64,000 nucleotides of DNA, from NCBI GenBank assembly GCA_013239625.1, contig MU054187.1, forward strand, positions 8,032,358 to 8,096,357, read 5' to 3'. The notes under the pieces are model-generated. The model made no database searches. It was given only the letters and a program-made list of their open reading frames with translations, and had not been told where the DNA came from. Both the position numbers and the translations under genes were made by a program. The stretch's first letter is position 1, and every line of letters starts with the position of its first letter. Shown here piece by piece: positions 50,626 to 61,713 of this stretch. The DNA comes from Lama guanicoe. Its lineage: Eukaryota.

Positions 50626-53315
50626 ATAAGAGAAGGAAGAAAGTCGAGAAGTAGTGAATTGCAAGGAGGTAGATTTCGACTCAGTAGAGAGGAGAACATG
50701 ACTAATTTGCTGTATCATAAGAGCAGAAGTCCAGCCAATCCTATATTCAGTCAGCAGCTATCTAACAAAAATGGTGTGGATGGGGAATCTTGTGTAGGTA
50801 TAGAGCTATGTGAAGAGACTTTACTAGAATGCACAACTCTGAAGTTCTATCATTTTCACAAACACTGTGTGTTGATGGTGTATTACGACTCACACTGAAG
50901 TATATTCTAAATGTTTTTCATACATTATTCCTGACATCTTTCCAAATTGTTTATTCTTCCACAAATTAGTATTTACTATCTCAAAAGAAAATGAAAAAAA
51001 AAGGGTAAAGCAATCCTGAATGACTCTAAGGATAAAAAAAAATCATAGCAATGCAGGTATATATCCAACTACAAGAAATGAACACCTGTTAAATACATCA
51101 ATGTGAAAAATTTGCTGCCTCAGTGCCTGAATTTGATTTCTTGATTATATAAGCAACTTAAATGTGCTTCGTAACAATTTGAAAACCTCAGTGAATATAC
51201 GTCAACAGACTGCAAGCTTGATTTTTCAAGACATTGCCTTCTAGAAAGGAGTTTTTTAACTGTGCCCTTCATACTCATCAAAGAATTGGAAGCTCTGAGA
51301 AATTCAGATAAATGAAGCATTACCCCACAGACATAGTGTGCAAAATACTGGACTAGATGCTGAAAGACAAACTTTCTCATAAAAAATATTCTGTCCACTT
51401 GAATTCTAAATTGGACAGACTCTTAACTTAGACCTTTCCACTTCAATTCTCGATAGAAGGACAAACAGAAATAATTAGAGCGGTTATATCTGGAGAAGAG
51501 TGAAAAAAAGATGGCCTGATTAAAGCATAGAAATTAAAGTTAGGAAGTAAGACAAACATCTTGTTTCAAAAAACAGTCTAGAAGCTCAGACCAGAGGGAT
51601 GCGCACAGCACTCTTTCTGGCTCTCTGAGATGAGGAGAGCAACGGCTAAGGAATTAGCATCGATAAGAGGCAGAAAAAGAGAGCAGTGAAGCAGAAGCGT
51701 CCTGCAAATGTGTGGCCCAGGAAAAGAGGGGTCAGTCCCACGAGGGGAATCGAAACACAGGGGACCCGATTGACATTCGCTCTAAGTGAGATCTGGAAGC
51801 CCGGAGGTAAGCTGGCTTTCTGTAAGGGCAGACTCGTAAGTAATGCTCTCTGCCCGTTTCCTGCCGTGAGCTGGATAGATGTCGAGCATAACCTGTTTTA
51901 GGCATGTAGACGAATCCTGTTCTTTACCAAAAGGGGAGGGAAGATGCTATGATCAACTCAAATGTTGACATATGCTACCGGCTTCACACTTGGGCAGGGA
52001 GAACAGGGTGTTTTCTCTCCTGCTGATTTTGGACTTTGAGGATAGATGGTGTGGTGTAGGTGGCACTAAAAAGATCTCAGATTCACACCATCAGTCAGAG
52101 ATGATATTCAAAATCCTTAACAGCAACAGCAGCAGGAGAATCTACCAGTCAGAACAGACCCTTTAAAATCAGGACACCAGCTACCAAAGACAATGGCAGG
52201 GCACAGTCCACACCTTCTGAATATCAGCCCTGCCACCAGCTCATGAACATGGCTCTCAGGATGAAGAGGGCCTCCCTTATTTTGACTCAATCTCCTGCTG
52301 CAAAAAGGCCTACCATGTCCTGGGCTTTATTTTCACATTTCCCTGTTCCCTTGAAGTTGATTTCATCCTATTTAGGGAAGGGACTAAGGAGATCATACAT
52401 AGTAGGTAGAAAATTAAACATTATTGACCGAAGTTTTGAAAAATTATAGAATTATACATATGACAGAGGAATAAATATGAAAAAGAATAAATGTAGCAGA
52501 AAGAGGAATATATCAGCATAACCAGGTGGGAGCAGGGGAAAGAAATCAACAGTTATTGGTTTGGTTGGTGGTTTGGTATGTTTTCCTTACTGGACCGGCC
52601 TATAAGTTAGTGAATCTGTAAGAACAAGAATCATAACTATTTTACTTAAGAATCATCATATCTCTAGTGCTTAGAACATAGCAAAAGCTCCGTAATTTAG
52701 AAAAAAAATTTTTACACATATACCCAGCACACATTTTAAAGAACTTCTATTTCTGGCAGTATGGCAGATTAAATACTTTATTTAGGAGGGTGTGACCACG
52801 ATGGAGGAGTAGGCAGACCCTGAGCTCACCTCCTCCCATGGGCACACCAAAATAACAATTATTTACAGAGCCATCATCTGTGAGAATGATCTAAAAACTG
52901 GCTGAGAAGATTTTCCACAAACAAAGATATAAGGAATAAACCACAGCAAGACAGATAGGAGGTGCAGAGACACCACAAAGTCATGTACCCCATACATACA
53001 AATGGGGGGATAATCACAATTATAGAGGCTCTCCCCAAGGAGTGAGGGGCTCAAGCCCCACAATAGGCTCCCCAGCCCAGGAAACCTGCACTGAGGTTCA
53101 CATGGGCCCTCAGAGTGTCCGCCTTTGATGGCCAGTGAGGCTTGCTTACAGGAGAGCCAGAGGGCTGTAGGAAACAGAGACTCCATTCTTAAAAGGTACA
53201 TGCAAAATCTTACACACTCTGACTCCCAGTCAGAGGCAGTAATTTGAAAGGAGCCTGGGTCATACCCACTTGCTAATCTTTCAAAATCATACAAACTTTT
53301 ACATACATATATATA

Positions 53316-53516
53316 TTTTTTTAATTGAAGTATAGTCAGTTACAATGTGTCAATTTCTGGTGTACAGCATTATGTCCCAGTCATGCATATACAGACATAT
53401 ATTCATTTTCATATTATATTTTATTAAAAGTTATTACAAGATATTGACTATAGTTCCTTATGCTATATAGAATAAATTTGTTTTTTATCTATTTTTATAT
53501 ATAGTGGTTAACATTT
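53316..53516 (-). mobile_element. Short antisense LINE-1 3' end
   Basis: tttttttaattgaagtatagtcagttacaatgtgtcaatttctggtgtacagca...tattacaagatattga is the reverse complement of an artiodactyl L1 3' UTR. Confidence 0.85.
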
Positions 53517-54689
53517 TAAGAGGGAAGTTTATAGCCACGCAAATTTATTTCAGGAAACAAGAAAAATCTCAAATATAATCTAACCTTATGCCTAAAATAA
53601 TTAGAAAAAGAAGAACAAATATAACCCAAAGTTAGTAAAAGGAAAGAAATAATAAAGATCATAGCAGAAATAAATGAAATGAATACTGAAATAAACAATA
53701 GAAAAGATTAATGAAACTAAGAGCTAGTTCTTTGAAAACATAAAATTGAGAAACCTTTTAACAGTATGTTAACTAGCACAAAAACAGACACATAGATCAT
53801 TGGAAAAGAATATAAAGCCCAGAAATAAACCCACATTTATATGATCAATCAATCTATGATATACGAGGCAAGAATATGCAATGGGGAAGAGATAGTCTCT
53901 TCAGTAAATGTTGGGAAAACTGATCTGCAACATTCAAAGCAATCAAACGAGACTGCTTTCTCACACCACATACAAAAATAAACTCAAAATGGATTAACCA
54001 TTAAACTCCTAGAAGAAAACATAGGCAGTACACTGTTTGAGTTTCGTCTTAGTAATATTTTGGGGGGGGGCATGTCCCAAACGTCAAGGGAAACAAAATC
54101 AAACATAAGTGGACTACATAAAACTAAAAAGCTTTGCACGGTGAAAGGAACTATCAACAAACCAAAAAGACTGCCTACTAAATGGGATAAGATATTTACA
54201 AATGAAGTATCAGATAAGGAGTTAATATCAAAAATATACAATGAACTCATATAACTCAACATCAAAAAATAAATAAACAATCCAATTTAAAAATGGACAG
54301 AGGAACTGAATAGACTTTTTTGAAAGAAGATATACAGATAGCCAATAGGCACATGAAAAGATGCTCAACGTCACTAATCATCAGGGAAATGCAAATCAAA
54401 ACCATAATGAGATATCACATCACACCTGTTACAATGGCTATCATCAAAAAGACAAAAAAATTTGTTGAGGATGTGGAGAAAAAAGAACCCTAAAGCACTG
54501 TTGGGACTGTAAGTTGGTGTAGCCACTATGGAAAACAGTATGAAGGTTCCTCACAATATTAAAAACTGAACTGCCACATGATCCAGCAAGTTCACTTCTG
54601 GCTATTTACTTAAAGGAAACTAAAACACTAATTCAATAAGACATATGCACCCCTATGTTCATTGTAGCATTATTCACAGTAGCCAAGAT

Positions 54690-54768
54690 ATGGAAGTAAT
54701 CCAAGTGCCCATAGATAGGAAAAATGACAAAAAGGAGATGTGATATATTTATTTATCTCTATCTATCC

Positions 54769-54834
<66 letters not shown>

Positions 54835-54986
54835 ACACACACACACACGAATATTACTCAGTCATAAAAAAGAAACCTTGCCATTGTGACAACATGGAAC
54901 AATCCAAGTGTCCATAGATAGGAAAAATGACACAAAGGAGATGTGATATATTTATTTATCTCTATCTATACATCTACCTATCTATC

Positions 54987-55026
<40 letters not shown>

Positions 55027-55075
55027 AATATTACTCAGTCATAAAAAAGAAACCTTGCCATTGTGACAACATGGA
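54690..55075 (+). repeat. Tandem duplication (about 204 + 177 bp) containing compound (TCTA)n(CA)n microsatellites
   Basis: aatccaagtg.ccatagatagga...ccttgccattgtgacaacatgga occurs twice, head to tail. Confidence 0.92.
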
Positions 55076-56184
55076 TGGATCTAGAGGGTATTATGCTAGT
55101 GAAATAAGTCAGACAGAGAAGGACAAACACCACATGATCTCACTTATTTGCAAAATCTAAAAAACAAAACAAACAAACAGATCAAATCGAAAACTGACTC
55201 ATAGATACAGAGAACAAACAGATAGTTGATGAAAGGGAGAAGGCTTGGGGACAGGAAATAAGTGAAGGAGGTTAAGAGACACAAACCTCCAGTTATACAA
55301 TAAATAGGTCACAAGAGTATGATATAAAGTGTAAGGAATATGTTCAATAATATTGTAATAACTTTGTATGGGGAAAAATGGTTACTAGATTTATCATGGT
55401 GATCATTTCATAATGTATGCAAATGTCAAGTCATTATGTAGTACACCTGAGACAAACATAATACTGTTTGTCAACTATATCTCAATAAACAAATGAATAA
55501 ATGTTTTGTTTAACCCTGCCACTGAAACAACAGAAATTCTGAATAAGATGTATTTTAAAATCTTGTTAAATGCACTGATGAGCTAGCAAAAAAATCAGGC
55601 ATAATCAGAAATAAAAAATTAAGTGACAACAGGAGCCCAGAGAACAAAGACAGTTATACAAAATGTAGTCTGTATGAACCTTGGTTTTGGATTTCTCAGG
55701 GAACATGTGACACAGACCAAAGCACAAGATCTGCGTAAGGACCAGAATCTAACAGAAGCACTCTGTCTTCTTTATCAAGTTGGTCTCAAAATGTTACAAC
55801 CTCAACTGAAAGGCAAAGAAACATTCTTCCACTCTCAGCCACTAGGAAATCATGTCTTAACATTAAAAAACTCAGACCTGTGTATAGGAAAAAATATTTC
55901 TCTAGGAATTTATAATCACCTGCTAGCTGTCCTTATTCTGGAACCATAATGGAAAGACATCAAATTACAGACCCAGGAAACCCAACAAATCCCAAACTGC
56001 ACATATGATAAAAACAAAACAAACAAAACAAAACAAAACTCAGGTCTAGATAAAGAGAATGTCAAAGCAAAAATAAAATCTTAATCATAGTCAGAGAAAG
56101 ATAAATCACCTTCAAAGGAACAAGAATTGGATTGATAATTGACTCCTTCACAATAATAATGGAAGCAAGCAATCTGTGTAATGA

Positions 56185-56800
56185 TGTGGTAAGCCAGAAT
56201 TCTAAAATTCCCTGCCCCTGGCGGACACACACCTTCTCCTACTCAGTCAGTCAAAGGCTGCTGTGAAGTGTGAACTACCTTTTGCAAATGTAATTAAGGT
56301 CCCCAATCAGTTGATCTTAAGATACAGAGATTATCCAGAACTGCCTCACCTAATGATATGAGCCCTTTAAATCTGGTCTAGAGGTCAGAGACAAGGGAAA
56401 TCAGAGATTTGAGGCGTGTGATTTGATATGCTATTGCTGGTTTAAAGGTGAAGGAGGCTGCATGGCAAGGACTGTGAGTAACCACTAAGCACTGAGAGCA
56501 GCCCCCAACTGACAGCCCATAAGGAAACACAGAGGACATCAGTCCTACAACCTCAGGGAACTAGATTCAACAACTAGAATAAACCTGGAAGCAGAATTTC
56601 CCCCAGAGCATCTAGAAGAAAAGTCAGACTAGTCAACAACTTGATTTCAGCCTTAATGTATCTTGATAAGGAACCAGCCCTACCATGCCAGACTTCCAAC
56701 CTAAAAAAACTGGGAGCTAATATGGTTGTTGTTTAAGCTGCTATGTTAGTGGGAATTTGGTAGTTACTTTGGTTCAATTAACTGTAGGAAATAAAATAAT
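56185..56800 (+). mobile_element. MLT1E/MLT1D-like MaLR solo LTR
   Basis: tgtggtaagccagaattctaa...ttttgcaaatgtaattaaggtccc...cagtcctacaac...ttgttgtttaagctgcta. Confidence 0.8.
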
Positions 56801-58667
56801 GGAATTAAAAATTATAGAATTAAAACATATAACATTATTATATGTCAGAAAAGTGATGATAACAGTTAAAGAGCTACTATTTTTAATAATTTGATTTTAA
56901 AGTAATGAATGTAAAATTTCTAAGGTATTTTCTAAAAACTACAAATAGAATGTATTATTTAGAATTAATAGAGAAGAAATTTTGGATGATAAAAAAAGTA
57001 ATACATTTAAAAGGCAAAATAAGAGTAAAAAATAAAGGAAAATAAAATTGAAAGCAAAAAATGGTGGAAATGAAGCCAAGTATATATTAATCCAAGAAAA
57101 CAGACTAAATATCTTGGTTAAAAGACAAATATAGTAAGATTTGAGTTTTTAAAAATCCAGCCACATGTCATTTTCAAGATCATATAGGCTAAAAAATGAG
57201 GATACAGAAAGTTTGAAGGTGAATTGTTTATAGAACAATTACTTATCAAAAGAAAATTGGTAAGGTTATTTTAGTAACAGTGAAACAGAGTTAAAAGTAA
57301 AAAGTATTTCCAGAGATAAAGAAAATCAGTAATGATAAAAGATTTATTTCATAAGACTATGTAATTATTCTGACCTTCAATGTACCTACTAAAATAATCT
57401 TAAAATAATAAAATAAAAATGACTGCAATTTGAATAAGAAGTGGACAAATTTACTATCATATTGAAAGGTTTTAATACAACTTTTTAAGTAACTAATTGA
57501 TCAAGGGGAGAAAATATCAAGAAGGATATAAAAGTCCTAATGAAATCATTTATATGCTTTATTAATGGCCACATAGATATCATATATCCTAAAACTAGAG
57601 AATGAATTAGTTAATCACATGTCAAATGTTTTGAAAGCTGATAACAAGCTGGGCCGTAAAGCAAGTATTAAAATATTTCAAGAAACTAGTATGCAAACCA
57701 AATTCTCTCAGTACAGAGAAATTAGAGATCAATAACCAAAAATTATCAATAAAAAGGATTTTTTTTCCTTTTAAAGAGCTTGTAAATTAAGGAACACACT
57801 TCTTATTAGTGAATTAATCAAATAAATAAATGAAAATTTAGAAAGTATTTAAATGATAATAAAAATTTTATGAAAACCTGTGAAATACTGCTTACTGGTA
57901 TCTCAAGGCATATTTATAGCCTGAAATATTTATAGAAAAAACTGAAAATTAATGAGCTAAGAAGCTCACTTAAGATATTGGAAGAAAAACCACATAAAAC
58001 CAAAAAATGAAGAATAAAAAAGGAAGAAAATAATGAAGATAAGAGCAAAACTACCAGAGTGGAGAGCAAGCATACAATAGAGATATTAAAAAAAAAAAAG
58101 TAATGCATCATTACTATGCTGAGTTTATTCCAACAAGGCAAAGTTTTTTAATTAGAAATATCCTTTGATTGAATTCCTTATACTAATGGATTAATGGAGG
58201 TAATTTATATGCATATCTCAATACATGCAGAAAAGGCATTTGATAAAATTCAACATCCATTTCATGATAAAAACACGTGAGAATAGAAAAATAAACTTCC
58301 TTAGCTTGATAAACATTACTCAAAACTTTCACTGAATAACATACTTAATAGTAGAAACTGAGTGGTGAAGATCAGGAACAGTTAAAGATATCTATTTCCA
58401 CCACTTATGTTAACAACGTTCTGGTAATCCTAAACAGTGCAGTAAGGCAGAAAAAGAAATGAAATAAGTCAGAATTTAAAAGGAAGAACCAAGATTATCT
58501 TTTTTGTTACATACAAATGATATGATTCCTTAGATAACTATTTAGAATAATAGGAAGGACTACTGGCCTTCTCAAATAAAAGAATATCTATATACAAAAG
58601 TCAACTGCATTTTCACATGTCAGAATCATATAGTTAGAAAATGTAATTTTAAGAACACATCAGTTAG

Positions 58668-59554
58668 TGGCCAATAGGCACATGAAAAGATGCTCAACTC
58701 TGCTAATTATTAGAGAAATACAAATGAAAACTAAAATGAGGTATTACCTCACATCAGTCAGAATGGCCATCATTAAAAAGTCTACAAATAATAAATGCTG
58801 GAGAGGATGTGAAGAAAAAAGAATGCTCTGATAATGTTGGTGGGAATGTAAATTGGTGCAGCCACTATGGAGAACAGCATGGAGATTCTGTAAAAAACTA
58901 AAAATAGTGTCATATGATCCAGAAATCCCACTCCTGGGCATATAACCAGAGAAAACTCTAACTCAAAAAGATACATGTACTCCAGTATTCACACCAGCAC
59001 TATTTACCACAGCCAAGACATGGAAGCAATCTAAATGTTCACCAACAGATGAGTGGATAAAGAAGATGTGGTATATATATACACTGGAATACTACTCAGT
59101 CATAAAAATGAATGAAATAATGCCATTTGCAGCAACATGGATGGACCTAGAGATTATCACACTAAGTGAAGTAAGTCAGACAGAGAAAGACAAATATCAT
59201 ATGATATTATTTGTACATGGAATCTAAAATGTGATACAAATGAATTTATTTACAAAACAGAAACAGACCCACAGACATAGAAAAACAAACTTACAGTTAC
59301 CAAAGGGGAAAGGGGACAGAGAGACAATTTAGAAGTTTGGGATTAGCAGATACAAACTACTAAATATAAAATAAACAACAAGGTCCTACTGCATAGCACA
59401 GGAAACTAGATTCAATATCCTGTAATAAACCATAATGGAAAAGAATATTAAAAAATGTATATATATATATACACACACACACATATATATATGAATCACT
59501 CTGCTGTATACCAGAAACTAACACAACATTGTAAATCAACTACACTTCAATTTA
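58668..59554 (+). mobile_element. 5'-truncated artiodactyl-type LINE-1 (ORF2 end and 3' UTR)
   Basis: catatgatccagaaatcccactcctgggcatata...aaatcaactacacttcaattt; 17-bp TSD aagaacacatcagttag (58651-58667) / aaaaatgcatcagttag (59555-59571). Confidence 0.92.
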
Positions 59555-60078
59555 AAAAATGCATCAGTTAGAATACTATATAAACAATAAAGTATCAAGA
59601 AATAAATCTAACAAAATCTGTGCAACATGTTCTTGGGAAATTTTTTTAAGTATTTCGGAAACTATTAAAAAAGACTTACATAATTAGAGAGATATACCTC
59701 ATATTCATTTATTGAAAGGCTATATAATCTAAGGATTCTCTCTAAATTGGTTTATAAATTCAATGATATTTCCAATATATTTGTTTACATTTTTTATTAA
59801 AATGGATCTTTAACCCATATCTCACACAAAAATAAATCCCAGGCACATTAAAGATTTAAATGTAATAAACAAGGCAATAAAACTTATAGAAAATTATATA
59901 GGAAAATAACTTTATGACCTCATAGCAAAGGAGAATTTCTTAAACAAGAGAAAAAAAAATCCAAGCTATAAATGGAATGCTCGATCAATTTGGCTACATT
60001 AAAATTGAGAACTTCTATCTTTAAGACAACATAAAGAAGTCAACCTATAAGCCACAATATGAGACAAGAATACATAAA

Positions 60079-60535
60079 CAGTCTTGGTGAGCCACAAGCA
60101 GCCCATATGGCACTTTTGGACAAATTGGTAAAAGCAACATTACTCAAATTTTTTGTGAATATAGCTTTGTAGAACTTGAAACACCTCAGTCGGCATCATC
60201 CCTGGTTCACGTACCCACAGCCCCACATTCTCACCTAGTTATGTGCACACACATACCCTGGCCTTCCTCCAGATTCTGGACACATACACAAGCAAAGCAC
60301 ACACTTCATGCCTTCTTTCAGCCTCTTGGAGGAGGCCACCATTTTAGGCAGAGGTAGGAATTGAGCCCCCAAGATTGGAGGCCGGCGAGAGAAGTGATTT
60401 GCAGGGAATTCCAGAGCTCAGTAGATGGCTCAGTGTTTGCTCTCCCAAGCACCTACATGGTGATTTGTAGTTGTGTGTACCCTTGTGGGATTTTGGAGGA
60501 ATGGCCTCTCCCTCACTGCACCAGGACTAGCCCTG
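60079..60535. mobile_element. Probable hAT-Tip100-type DNA transposon relic
   Basis: GC-richer block beginning cagtcttggtg and ending caccaggactagccctg; includes cacttttggacaaatt; family uncertain. Confidence 0.35.
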
Positions 60536-60880
60536 TCTGCACACTAGCATGTAAATTAATAAAATAGGTTAAACATGAACAATGTTTCTTTAGATGTGCT
60601 GACTTGTGCAGTATACAACTAATCATGTACGTACACAACACGCATGTGCTGACCTTGAAATATCTTTTGTAAGTCAACAAGAGCAGCTCAAGCAACATAG
60701 TAGAAAGTGGGCAAAAGACATGAGCAGGAACATCACAGAACAGGGAAATACTCCCAGACAATTTTGTAATATACAGTAAAGCCAAAGAAGTTCATACCTT
60801 AAGAGTCAGCAACTATATTCTTAAGTGAAAACCCTTGTAAATGAGCATTGAAACATATGTTAAAAAATGTTCATTACAGT

Positions 60881-61026
60881 GGGGAGTGTATAGCTCAGTG
60901 GTAAGGTGCATGCCTAGCATGTACAAGGTCCTGGGTTCAATCCCTAGAACCTCCATTAAAAAATAAATAAACCTAATTACCCACCCTCTTACCAAATAAC
61001 TAAAATTAAGTGATGTTATTTTTTTT
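60881..61026 (+). mobile_element. tRNA-derived SINE, camelid Vic-1 type
   Basis: ggggagtgtatagctcagtgg (A box 60891-60901), B box ggttcaatcc (60934-60943), aaataaataaacctaattacc tail; TSD aatgttcattacagt / aatgtcattacaat. Confidence 0.92.
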
Positions 61027-61124
61027 AAAGAGAATGTCATTACAATACAAATTACAATACCAAATAACAAAACATTGGAAAATGAAGTCATTCAAAAGTA
61101 GGAAGGTTAGAAGCCTGAAAATGA

Positions 61125-61713
61125 TCTGGGCCAGGCTTTAGAAGAATCCCAAGCTGGCCCTACTCCCCAGGGTGATGAGTCCATGAGACCAAAGAAACAC
61201 ACCGAGCTAGAGAACGTGCTTGAAGGAACTAGCACCTCATAACACCCCCAGCCTGTTTCCATGGCCCTCACTGGTATTTGAACTCAGGCAAACCATGCTA
61301 CTTAGAGGCCTGAAGAATTGACCATTCAACCAACCATTCATTCAAGGAGTGGCTGTTGCTGGGAGAGAGGAGGATGGGCATGGGCAGAGCTTGGAAGTTC
61401 AGCCTCGGGTGTACACACACATGCATGTGAGATGCAGTGAGCACGTGGTGGGGATCAAGCCATGAGGACTGAAGGCACAGTCTCTCCACATTTCAGTGCA
61501 CACAGTGAGGGAGTCTGGGAGCTCTAAATTTAAACCTGACCGTCCTATAAAGATTCCAATGAAGGCATATTTGCCTAAAAAGTAGAATAGAAAGTTTTAT
61601 ATAAGAATTTGTTAGCTCGATTTCAAATTTCAAATTTCAAATATTCAGTCATATGGTATAGGCCTCCATTTGTACCTTTGCCCCAGGCCCTGCAAAGACA
61701 GCAAGTCGGCCTG
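61125..61713 (+). mobile_element. MER115/Zaphod-like hAT-Tip100 element
   Basis: 3' end aaatattcagtcatatggtataggcctccatttgtacctttgccccaggccctgcaaa...ggcctg. Confidence 0.7.

Larger units (their letters stand above)
52786..55498 (+). mobile_element. L1 with both termini but large internal deletions
   Basis: 5' UTR (gatggaggagtaggcagaccctgagctcacctcctcccatg), ORF2 pieces 53517-55160 (KTKKLCTVKGTINKPKRLPTKWDKIF), 3' UTR to ctcaataaa; degenerate 15-bp TSD aaatactttatttag / aaatgttttgtttaa. Confidence 0.85.
52741..60070 (+). mobile_element. Old, near full-span L1M element (5' UTR, ORF1, ORF2 remnants) hosting later insertions
   Basis: 5' start gaacttctatttctggcagtatggcag resumes at about 55514; ORF1-like 55950-56170; EN/RT-like 57040-58650 (atctcaatacatgcagaaaaggcatttgataaaattcaacatcc); ORF2 3' part 59572-60070. 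Confidence 0.75.

Noticed and set aside
52863..53294. 143-aa minus-strand ORF (ORF0-like idea)
   Set aside because: Antisense reading of a decayed L1 5' UTR with no recognisable protein and no evidence of preservation.
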